Shown in pieces: positions 1 through 8,383 of a DNA stretch of 23,553 nt (position 1 is the first letter of the stretch; every line of letters begins with the position of its first letter). Below the pieces are notes generated by a model. The model was not told the DNA's origin and searched no databases. It saw only the letters and a list, made by a program, of their open reading frames with translations. The position numbers and the translations under genes were made by a program. The stretch covers positions 1-23,553 of the forward strand of contig JBEPZZ010000027.1 of NCBI GenBank assembly GCA_041640575.1, read 5' to 3'. The DNA comes from Pseudothermotoga sp. (lineage in GTDB: Bacteria > Thermotogota > Thermotogae > Thermotogales > DSM-5069).

Positions 1-116
1 TTTCCTCAAGAAAACCCCACCAATCATTTTCGTTAACAAGCCACGTTGAGGTGGTCTTCTTAGCATGGAATTTAAAATATGATCACCTCTAATACTTTTC
101 ACTTTTTCTAATCAAG

Positions 117-145
117 TTGACATTTTTAACTTCTGGGTGTATTCT
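117..145 (+). promoter_or_regulatory. Sigma70-type promoter for the vWA gene pair
   Basis: TTGACA (117-122), 17-bp spacer, TATTCT (140-145); an AGGGGG RBS-like sequence precedes ATG 172. Confidence 0.7.
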
Positions 146-171
146 TGGTTATCCCAAAGGGGGAATAACCC

Positions 172-2673
172 ATGAAAAACCTGACCATTCTAATTCTCGC
201 CTTCCTTTGCGCTACTATTCTTGCTTCAGAAATAAAAATCAGGGATTTTGAGGTATGGAATAAAGATCACTCTGGCTGGTGGAATGCTATATGGTGTGCC
301 ATCACAGTTGAAGATCCAAACGGAAATTTTGTCACAAATCTTCAAGCTAAAGATTTCATCATAACTGAAACTATCTACGACTCTAACGGCGAAGAAGTTG
401 ATACCCACAGAGCTGTTTTCAATGACAAATTCAATCAGTTCAACGGAAGTGGTTTTTGGGAGGAATCAGTCACTACGGACAAGCTAGATATAGTTTTTTT
501 AATCGACAATACTGGCTCAATGAAAAAATACATTGACAATATCAAAAAACAATTGAAAGACTTTCTTGCTAGACTCTATCAAAACAACACTGATTTTCGA
601 ATCGTCATAGCTGAGTATGAGACATCTAATGATCCCTCATGGCCGGCAAAATTTGAGGATCCGGTAAGGCGCTTTTGTGGTCCTCTGATGAGAGAAGAGA
701 TAGAGCAACAGATAGATTCAATCTGGGCTGCTCACGAAAGTTGGAATCTACAATGGGGTTATGACGCATTTCTTTGGGCCTTGAATTTAAATTGGAGAGA
801 AGATGCAAGAAAAATCGTTGTAATCATAACCGATGTTTTCACAGATTCTGTTCACGGTCCAAATTGGTACTTCTCAGATGGATGTGTTACTTCACCTTAT
901 GCAGTTCATCATGCAATGAAAGATAAGAAGATCGCACTTTATTTTTGTCAGCCAGAAAAGGATCAAATGGCATCCACGGAAGTAGAATGTAACTACTCTG
1001 AAAAAATCAATCCTTTGGTAGAGAAAATGGATTTCGATTTTTTGCTCACAGTCAACTCTTTGACCAAGAAACTTTCCTGGCCTTTCAATCAAAGCGAAAT
1101 AGAACTCTTTCAAAATCAGCTTTTAGATTCAAAGTACTACTTTTCATGGGTCAGTGATTTTTCAAAGCTCACAGATCTTCAGAAAAAATCTGCATCAAAA
1201 GTAGTGGTTTCAGTAAGGCTTTTTGGAGATGTTAATCCAGTTAGCTTTTCCTTTTATATTAAAGATTCTGAGGGAAAGATTAGTAAAGAAACCGCTGACT
1301 TAACCATTCGTCTCAAAGATGAAGCAGGCAATCCACTTAACAATAAAGCCGTAACAATGTATCTTTACAAAAGTTTAGGTACCGCTGCCGCAAGAATAGA
1401 CCTACCGAGTGTAGACTATCGTCAACAAAATAACCAAGATAGCATTGTAAAGTTTAGAAGAATATCAACTGGGAAATATTTTTACATCGTTGAATCATAC
1501 TCGACGTTCGATGGTTATGAAAACCAACTTGGGTATTATTCAACTGGTTGGATTACAGTTCAACAAGATGGGCCAAAAGAATTTGACCTGACAGTTCAAA
1601 CTATCTACAAAGAAACGAACATTTATAGATTCCTTGGTTTGATTGAAGAGCTAAGAAATATGAAAGTAGCTACCAAATCAGTTCAAGACCTTGCAGATCA
1701 GCTTCTGAGCTGGCTTGCTGGACTTCAATCAGATAACGCTATAACCAATGCCGAACTTGAAGCAATCATACGGATGAATTTTGGCTTGGGTGCCCTAATT
1801 AATTGTTCACATTACGCGTCAGTTGAATATGAGCGATCGGTGGAAGACATTCTTCAAATAACGCAAAAGGTCATGAGCATGATTTCAAGGGCAAGAAAAG
1901 TAGCCGAAGATTTGAATGAGAAAAAAGAATTAATGATTTCAGCTTCAAGAACTTTTTTGGACATCTTAACCGCAAACTGGAGTGGGGTAGCCGCCAAAAC
2001 AACGATTGAGATACTTGTGCAAAAAGTTCTAAGTTATGTGCAAAATCAGATTTTAGAAGACATACTCAATGCTGTCTTGAAAAAACTGCAAGAAACTATG
2101 CTGGATCCGGATAAACTTGCCATTTACCTCGATGGTCACATTCGGAAGGCAGTATCTCACGCGGATCAATACGATTTTCAAAAGGGAAATGTCGAAAGTT
2201 TTGTTCTAGATTCCTTAGTATCTCCAATTTTTGTAGAAAAAATGTATAAGGAAATAGGTCAACTTCTTGATGAAGCAAATCGATTTTTGAAAACCAATTA
2301 CGGTCAACTTTATGACATTTATGATCATTCTTCGAGTATGAGGCAATCCTTCCAAGAATTTCGGTCAGCATACATGAGAAAACTTTATGCAGATGCCGCT
2401 AGGCACTTGAGCGACCAAAAGCTACTAGACGACTGGCAAAGTGTTCTATCGGTCCTCACCCAAACCATACCAATGATCACAGAATTTCTCGAGCTGTTCG
2501 AGATTACTTATCCTGAATTCAAACCTTTGAGAGAATCCCTTGAAAGTCTGTATGAAGTTTTTGACAACATTAGGACGATAACTCAAACTTATGAACTCGC
2601 ATTGAAAATGAATCATCTTAGATCAATGCAACCTATTATAAGCAAAATCTCAAGTTTCGCTTTTACTCAATGA
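172..2673 (+). CDS. Secreted vWA (MIDAS) domain protein with long helical C-terminal region, paralog A
   Basis: 833-aa ORF. Signal peptide MKNLTILILAFLCATILA; pre-vWA motif AITVEDPNGNFVTNLQAKDF; vWA strand with MIDAS LDIVFLIDNTGSM; WREDARKIVVIITD; helical/coiled-coil-like C-terminal ~350 aa. Confidence 0.85.
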   Translation: MKNLTILILAFLCATILASEIKIRDFEVWNKDHSGWWNAIWCAITVEDPNGNFVTNLQAKDFIITETIYDSNGEEVDTHRAVFNDKFNQFNGSGFWEESVTTDKLDIVFLIDNTGSMKKYIDNIKKQLKDFLARLYQNNTDFRIVIAEYETSNDPSWPAKFEDPVRRFCGPLMREEIEQQIDSIWAAHESWNLQWGYDAFLWALNLNWREDARKIVVIITDVFTDSVHGPNWYFSDGCVTSPYAVHHAMKDKKIALYFCQPEKDQMASTEVECNYSEKINPLVEKMDFDFLLTVNSLTKKLSWPFNQSEIELFQNQLLDSKYYFSWVSDFSKLTDLQKKSASKVVVSVRLFGDVNPVSFSFYIKDSEGKISKETADLTIRLKDEAGNPLNNKAVTMYLYKSLGTAAARIDLPSVDYRQQNNQDSIVKFRRISTGKYFYIVESYSTFDGYENQLGYYSTGWITVQQDGPKEFDLTVQTIYKETNIYRFLGLIEELRNMKVATKSVQDLADQLLSWLAGLQSDNAITNAELEAIIRMNFGLGALINCSHYASVEYERSVEDILQITQKVMSMISRARKVAEDLNEKKELMISASRTFLDILTANWSGVAAKTTIEILVQKVLSYVQNQILEDILNAVLKKLQETMLDPDKLAIYLDGHIRKAVSHADQYDFQKGNVESFVLDSLVSPIFVEKMYKEIGQLLDEANRFLKTNYGQLYDIYDHSSSMRQSFQEFRSAYMRKLYADAARHLSDQKLLDDWQSVLSVLTQTIPMITEFLELFEITYPEFKPLRESLESLYEVFDNIRTITQTYELALKMNHLRSMQPIISKISSFAFTQ

Positions 2674-2756
2674 AAAGCTACGCCAATTAAGAGACTACTT
2701 CCAAGTCATTTGAATAACTAAGTAAGAACCAGCGTGTTTTTTAAGGAGGGATGTTT

Positions 2757-5255
2757 ATGAAAGTGAAGTTCATTTTTTACATACTTCTAGTGGCTTCTCT
2801 TTTTGGCTACGGATCAAACCTTGTCTTGAGGGATTACGAAGTGTGGGATAGAAACCCTTACTGGAACAGAATTTATTGTACCGTCACGGTAAAAGATAAT
2901 TTTGGAAAATTTGTTGAGAACCTTTCTCTACAAGATTTCGTGATTTCTGAAACTGCTTATGATGCTGATGGAAACATTTTATTAGTTAAAAATCCAAGCT
3001 TCGAAAATTTCCACGAACAGTTCAATGGCCCTGGGTTCTGGGAAGAATCGATAAATTCGGACAAGCTAGACATAGTTTTTCTGGTTGATATCACAGGGAG
3101 TATGGAGAAGTACGGCGAACAAATCAAAAGCGAACTGAAGGCTTTTTTAAAAAGACTTTTCGAAAAGCACACCGATTTTAGGCTCGTTATAGCCGGATAT
3201 TGCACAGACGAAATGCCCAGATGGCCGAGCGGAAGTCGAGTGAACTTCTTTTATGGCCCTCTCATGAAAGCCGAGATAGAGCAAGAAATTGAGGAAATGT
3301 CATGGGCAGGCGAATGGTGGGATCTTCAGTGGGGTTATGATGCATTTCTTTGGACGTTGAACCTGAACTGGAGAGATGATGCACGAAAAATAGTTGTTAT
3401 CATCACCGATGTTTTTACAGATTCCGTTCACGGACCAAACTGGTACTATGCCCATGGCTGCTCAACTTCACCATACGCCGTAGATATGGCAATGCAAGAA
3501 CATAATATACATTTATACTTCTGTCAGCCAGACGAGCAAAACATGGCTCAAATAGAGATGCAGCAATGTTACTCTGAGCTGATAAATCCCAAAGTTAAGG
3601 AAGCTAATTTTGATCTGCTTCTAAAACTCAATACCTTGGCAAAAAAACTCTCATGGCCTTTTGACCAATCTGAAATACAACTTGCTGATGCAACCTTAAT
3701 AGATTCAAAGTACCATTTTGCCTGGGTAAGTGACTTTGAAAGCATACCCCATCAAACCCGTGACAAAATATCGAAAGTCAAGGTGTCAATTTCAAACCTT
3801 GACCAAACATCTGTTTTGGAATTTGAATATTGTCCAAATATGGATTGCACTGATAAGACACTGACGCGAACTACCGTGAGTTTGCACCTTCGAGACGAAA
3901 CTGGTGCACCCCTTTCAGGTGAATCGAACGTAGATGTTTTTCTCTACAAATCGATTGGGGAACTCGGTAGAATTCAGAAAATAAGTCAAAATTCTGATAA
4001 AAATAGCGTTGTAGAGCTTGATTTAATTCCATTTGGCAGGTATTACTACATAATTCAAACGGCGGGAGCACCAGATTATCGTTATTACACATTAGGCTTT
4101 CATTCCGACGGCTGGCTAACTGTGAACGAACCTGAACCAACCTACGACATAGTCGTCTATACGGCTTATAAGGCAACAGAGACTTACAGGTTGAAGGGAC
4201 TGATACAAGAATTTCGATCAATGAAAATTGCTTCCAACAAAACCTTTCAGCTTGCTGACGAGCTTGAAAATCTTCTTAAAGAAATACTTAAAGATGGTTC
4301 TATGAGCGTTCATGAGCAAGCAGTAATCAAGCGAGCAATATTTAGCTCAGCTATTTTGATCAATTGTTCACATTATGCAACTGTCGAAAACGATCGCTTG
4401 CTCGACGACTTTCTTCAAGTTGTAGATAAAGTACAATCGATGATTAATCAAGCACTAAAACTGGCTGAGGAATTGGACAGACTGAAAAGCAAAATCGAAT
4501 CGGCTGTGAGCATAATAATTGATATTGTAACTGGAAATTGGCAAGGAATTGCTAAAAACCTAACTGCTGAAGCACTACTTGACATGCTGATAGACTACAT
4601 CAAGGAAGAATTACCTGAGAAAATCATGGATGCACTTTTAGAAAAGTTAATTGAAACCTTGGATCTTCCTGAGGTTGTTGCAGAATATTTTAGCACCTAC
4701 ATTAGGGCCGCAATTAAGAACGAGTTCATCGACGTAGAAAAAGAGTTTAAAGATCTCGTTTTTACACGAATCATCAAACTAAATTTTGTTGACCTGTTGG
4801 ACGAATCGCTTCAAAATATCGTCGATAAATCGAGAGAGTTATTAGACCATCCAGCCGAGTGGGTGAATTTGGAGAAACAATCTTACAGCCTTCGGACTAT
4901 CTTTGAAGAGTTTAGAAGAAATTATATGCACGATCTTTTTGCCAGTGCGTACAATATGTTAAAGATCCAAAATCCTATAGACAAATGGTCGGCAGTGCTA
5001 ACAACCTTTAGTGAAATGCTTGAACTTGTTGTAGCTCTACTTCAGATTATCCAATCTCATCCTGCTACCATAGAACGCCAGCTTGGCAGCTTGACAGATT
5101 TGGCATCGTTGGCAGGTATGGTGAAAGATATATTCCCAATCTTCAATAAACTTGGAGCAATGACAAAAACGTTTGAACTTGCCCTGAAAGTTAATCATTT
5201 ACTTTCAATGAGACCCATTCTCGAGTTTGTCACTGAAGATATCTATTGTTGGTGA
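2757..5255 (+). CDS. Secreted vWA (MIDAS) domain protein with long helical C-terminal region, paralog B
   Basis: ORF 2751-5255. RBS AAGGAGG (2743-2749) spacing favours ATG 2757. Signal peptide, LDIVFLVDITGSM and WRDDARKIVVIITD; collinear with paralog A over its full length. Confidence 0.85.
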   Translation: MKVKFIFYILLVASLFGYGSNLVLRDYEVWDRNPYWNRIYCTVTVKDNFGKFVENLSLQDFVISETAYDADGNILLVKNPSFENFHEQFNGPGFWEESINSDKLDIVFLVDITGSMEKYGEQIKSELKAFLKRLFEKHTDFRLVIAGYCTDEMPRWPSGSRVNFFYGPLMKAEIEQEIEEMSWAGEWWDLQWGYDAFLWTLNLNWRDDARKIVVIITDVFTDSVHGPNWYYAHGCSTSPYAVDMAMQEHNIHLYFCQPDEQNMAQIEMQQCYSELINPKVKEANFDLLLKLNTLAKKLSWPFDQSEIQLADATLIDSKYHFAWVSDFESIPHQTRDKISKVKVSISNLDQTSVLEFEYCPNMDCTDKTLTRTTVSLHLRDETGAPLSGESNVDVFLYKSIGELGRIQKISQNSDKNSVVELDLIPFGRYYYIIQTAGAPDYRYYTLGFHSDGWLTVNEPEPTYDIVVYTAYKATETYRLKGLIQEFRSMKIASNKTFQLADELENLLKEILKDGSMSVHEQAVIKRAIFSSAILINCSHYATVENDRLLDDFLQVVDKVQSMINQALKLAEELDRLKSKIESAVSIIIDIVTGNWQGIAKNLTAEALLDMLIDYIKEELPEKIMDALLEKLIETLDLPEVVAEYFSTYIRAAIKNEFIDVEKEFKDLVFTRIIKLNFVDLLDESLQNIVDKSRELLDHPAEWVNLEKQSYSLRTIFEEFRRNYMHDLFASAYNMLKIQNPIDKWSAVLTTFSEMLELVVALLQIIQSHPATIERQLGSLTDLASLAGMVKDIFPIFNKLGAMTKTFELALKVNHLLSMRPILEFVTEDIYCW

Positions 5256-5655
5256 ATGTAACATTCAATTCCACGCTAATTAGTTTCAAAACCTTTCAGC
5301 TTGGCCAATTAAATGCAAAGGTTAATTAAACCTATTTGTTTGAGTAACATATAGCCCTTTACAGCTACAAATTTTAAAATACGATGTTCGGCCAATCTCT
5401 GAGTATCATGACTATTTTATTTGACGAATAAAAGAAGCTACGTTTCTTTAGAAACTTGAGTTGTTAATTACCAAGTTTTGCGACTTGCTGGTATAGGCTT
5501 GAAAAGTTAGCAAAGCTATTTTTTCGGTTATCACAGAGTATCTACTTTGTTATCTGACAAAAAAGCCATGCTTGGCAAACTCTTCTCCTCTAGGAGAATA
5601 AGTAATAGAATTGTTGTTTGCTTGCATTTGTCTTATGTTATATAGGGTGATAACT

Positions 5656-6045
5656 ATCCAATTAAGCAAAACCAGATGAAGCCTGTATAGTTTGAACTAT
5701 CATTTTGTATGGATAACCAAATATCGCAGAAAACTTTTAGTTGAAGATGTAAAAAAGAGCTTGAAAAACTTATTTTTGAAATTGCTAAGAAGCATGAAGT
5801 TTTAGTCTTATCTTTATCGGTTGAGCCCGAGCATATTCATCTTTTTGTTTCAACAGCACCACGCCTATCTTCTGTACAAATAGCTAACAGCTAATTTGTT
5901 CAAAGCAGTCGCTTCAAAAAACTAATCGAAAAATTTACGTATTTGAGAACAAAGCAGACTGTAGAGCAGAACATACTATGTAAGCTCAGCAGGAAAGGTC
6001 TCAGAGAAAACTATCAGAAGATACATTGAAGAATGTCAAGAATAG
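5656..6045 (+). pseudogene. tnpA: IS200/IS605 Y1 (HUH) transposase TnpA pseudogene
   Basis: Translation across frameshifts gives LNYHFVWITKYRRKLL ... VEPEHIHLFV (HUH) ... L*SRTYYVSSAGKVSEKTIRRYIEECQE*. Start appears mutated to ATC. In-frame stops at 5677 and 5962; AGCTAA duplication near 5882-5894. Confidence 0.9.
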
Positions 6046-6996
6046 TGAGAACATACAAAGTTGTTGTTTCAAAAGAACTTTATCCTTTGTGTGCTGAACT
6101 TAATAAACCTGCAGCACGAATATATAACAAAAACCATGTCGTTGGTTAAAAAGATAAAACACAAAAATGGCTTCTGATTGATTGCTAATAACACACAAAA
6201 ATACATTCTGCGCTAGGTTTGCAGTATCAATGTTCATATCCATTCCAAACGGGTCATAATCCAACAGTACTTTCAGGCTCTTGATAGTTACTTTAATGCT
6301 GTCAAGACAAAACCAAATTTAAACCCACCATATAAAAGAGGTTTATGCCGCGCATTTGGAAGGATACTGCTATAAAACTTCTGTCAGGCGGAGAAATCAG
6401 GCTTTCGATGAGAAACAATCAAAAACCCATTGCTATACAAATGACGCTAACAGCTGATACAAAAATCAGACAAGACAAGTTAGTTTATGAAGAAGTTATG
6501 TATTATCTTCACTTTTTGATAGAGATGAAAAATGTGGCACGAAAAACGACAAAACGACAAAGTCATAGCTGTTGATCTGGGTATACTTTGTCTCTCAACT
6601 TGCTTAGACGGCATTGAAGTTATTTCTTATCATGGTGGGATACCAAGCAGTCTAATCAGATACCGCAACAAGGAACCTGCAAAGTTTCAACAGATGTTGA
6701 ACCAAGCAAAAAAAGGGTCTAATGAATACAGAAAACTCATAAAGGCTAAAAAGAAGATGCTAAGACGGGTAAGAGATCAAATAAAGGATATTCTACATAA
6801 TATAACCAGCAACTTTCTCAAGATGTTTTTGCAAAAAGTGATTACAACCATTGCATTAGGAGATATTACAAACATTTGGGGGCGGCTCTAAGGAAACGAC
6901 AACGCAAATCAGAAACTCCATCAATGGTGTTTTAGAAAGATGACAAACATGCTAAGCTGTAAAGCTGAACTGTTAGGAATAGATCTAAAATTGGTT
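6033..6996 (+). pseudogene. tnpB: TnpB RNA-guided nuclease pseudogene, frameshifted and 3'-truncated
   Basis: Starts MSRIVRTYKV overlapping the tnpA end. RuvC-I VIAVDLG (ORF 6532-6891), RuvC-II region IALGDI, then NQKLHQWCFRKM..LSCKAELLGIDLKLV. No zinc finger or RuvC-III before the right end. Stops at 6175 and 6214. Confidence 0.88.
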
Positions 6997-7132
6997 CCAC
7001 AGGAGCTGCCAAGAATCGTATCCCTTTCAGGAAATTGGGATTGTCAAGGTTCTCTAGAAAGTTACAAAAAATTCTAACCAATTTTTAATTTCAAACATGT
7101 ATCTATTTTCTTAGCCAGAAGGGGGGATTATC

Positions 7133-7597
7133 ATGAGAAAGTTGTGTGTAATTCTTGCAGCAATCTTCTACACCGCCTTGTTGAGTTTCTCACAGGTTCA
7201 AATTCCACAGGCCGATGTTCCAAATCTTGTTGTAACACCTCAGATTGTGGTGTTGACCGCTGACCCGCATATTGAAAGACCCGTCTTAGTATACAATACC
7301 AGTTTGAAGTCGGAAGTCAAATGGTCTCTCTTACACTCGAAGTTTATTCGTATCAGACATAATCTACCCAATCCAATTCCAAATTTAACGGGCGGATATT
7401 TAAACGTAGGTGTTAACTCTGGCGCACTTGATGACTTGATTCAAGTTCAAAAACCAGATCTATTACACTCTATACTTTCACCACTACTTGGTGCGAAACT
7501 ACCATCAGATCCGATCGGAATTGGCTTCATCTCGGTACAGGAAGCAGTTGGAAAAATTACTCATAATCACATCATTATCGTAGTTGTTCGCAAATAG
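7133..7597 (+). CDS. Small secreted hypothetical protein, possibly beta-sandwich
   Basis: 154-aa ORF with a GGGGGG RBS, signal peptide MRKLCVILAAIFYTALLSFS and a beta-strand-rich mature part. No recognised family. Confidence 0.7.
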   Translation: MRKLCVILAAIFYTALLSFSQVQIPQADVPNLVVTPQIVVLTADPHIERPVLVYNTSLKSEVKWSLLHSKFIRIRHNLPNPIPNLTGGYLNVGVNSGALDDLIQVQKPDLLHSILSPLLGAKLPSDPIGIGFISVQEAVGKITHNHIIIVVVRK

Positions 7598-7671
7598 GGA
7601 TCTTTCAATTTCATCAAAAACTAGTTATTGATTCACAGATTTATCCAGGCAAACGGATCATGTTGGAAAAC

Positions 7672-7709
7672 TAAGACCCCGCTTTTTGGCGGGGTCTTAC
7701 AGTTTTTTT
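7672..7709. terminator. Bidirectional intrinsic terminator between convergent genes
   Basis: Hairpin TAAGACCCCGC-TTTTTG-GCGGGGTCTTA, followed by a T run on + and GTTTT on -. Confidence 0.85.
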
Positions 7710-7717
7710 AAGATTCC

Positions 7718-7981
7718 TTATGTTCTTGGGAAAACGATGAACTTAATGGCGGTTCTTGTTTCATTGTCGATTTGAACATCTGTGAAAGCCGGGATACTTA
7801 CCAGGTCGACACCACTTGGTGCCAAGTAACCTCTTGCAATTGCTATTGCCTTGACAGCCTGATTTACAGCTCCGGCACCAATTGCTTGTAGTTCTGCCTT
7901 GCCACCTTCTCTAATCATACCAGCCAAAGCTCCCGCAACTTTGTTGGGATTTGAGTTGGAAGCTACCTTTAGTACTTCCAT
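7718..7981 (-). CDS. spoVS: SpoVS family protein (Alba-like fold)
   Basis: MEVLKVASNSNPNKVAGALAG..QAIGAGAVNQAVKAIAIARGYLAPSG.. is a typical SpoVS sequence; AAGGAGGT RBS. Confidence 0.95.
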   Translation of the reverse strand: MEVLKVASNSNPNKVAGALAGMIREGGKAELQAIGAGAVNQAVKAIAIARGYLAPSGVDLVSIPAFTDVQIDNETRTAIKFIVFPRT

Positions 7982-8054
7982 TCTTTCTACCTCCTTTGTG
8001 GTTCTATCATTTTAACAAAGATTGCGACAAAGTTTACCACCAGCATCCAACACT

Positions 8055-8130
8055 TGGCGCGCCTGGCAGGACTTGAACCCGCAACCATCGGATCCGAAGT
8101 CCGACGCTCTATCCATTGAGCTACAGGCGC
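8055..8130 (-). tRNA. tRNA-Arg(UCG)
   Basis: Cloverleaf GCGCCTG..; anticodon arm TCGGA-CT-TCG-GA-TCCGA; GGTTCAAGTCC T-loop; encoded CCA. Confidence 0.95.
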
Positions 8131-8134
8131 GTTC

Positions 8135-8212
8135 TGGGGTGACCAGCGGGATTTGAACCCGCGACCACCTGATCCACAGTCAGGCGCTCTAGCCAGCTGA
8201 GCTATGGTCACC
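8135..8212 (-). tRNA. tRNA-His(GUG)
   Basis: G-1 plus GTGACCA acceptor stem; anticodon arm CCTGA-CT-GTG-GA-TCAGG; C discriminator; CCA. Confidence 0.95.
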
Positions 8213-8216
8213 ACAT

Positions 8217-8368
<152 letters not shown>

Positions 8369-8383
8369 TTAGTGCCAAGGATT

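Larger units (their letters stand above)
5559..7047 (+). mobile_element. Degenerate IS200/IS605-family element (tnpA + tnpB)
   Basis: Candidate left end after CTGAC, with a subterminal hairpin TTCTCC-TCTA-GGAGAA (5583-5598). tnpA and tnpB remnants follow. The right end AGAATC..CCTTTCAGG..GGGATTGTCAA ends in TCAA (7044-7047). The left boundary is approximate. Confidence 0.8.

Noticed and set aside
1..66. Possible start of a divergent minus-strand gene at the left edge
   Set aside because: Too little sequence in the window to support a call.
226..4221. Short antisense ORFs inside the vWA genes, and similar nested ORFs within the GGDEF, thiI, desulfurase, ABC and RND genes
   Set aside because: They are nested in long motif-bearing CDSs and have no recognisable motifs of their own.
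60..5279. 14/16 inverted match TTAGCATGGAATTTAA (60-75) versus 5264-5279 flanking the vWA pair, as terminal repeats or an inversion site
   Set aside because: A short imperfect match in AT-rich DNA is plausible by chance; I saw no recombinase or target duplication.
5256..5560. CRISPR array
   Set aside because: Only one repeat-like unit, no periodicity and no cas genes in the window.
5570..5600. GGCAAAC as the start of a c-di-GMP-I riboswitch
   Set aside because: The GAAA tetraloop and GACGCAAAGC junction are absent; the hairpin fits an IS left end better.
6345..6891. ORFs 6345-6575 and 6532-6891 as independent genes
   Set aside because: They are frameshifted pieces of the tnpB pseudogene.
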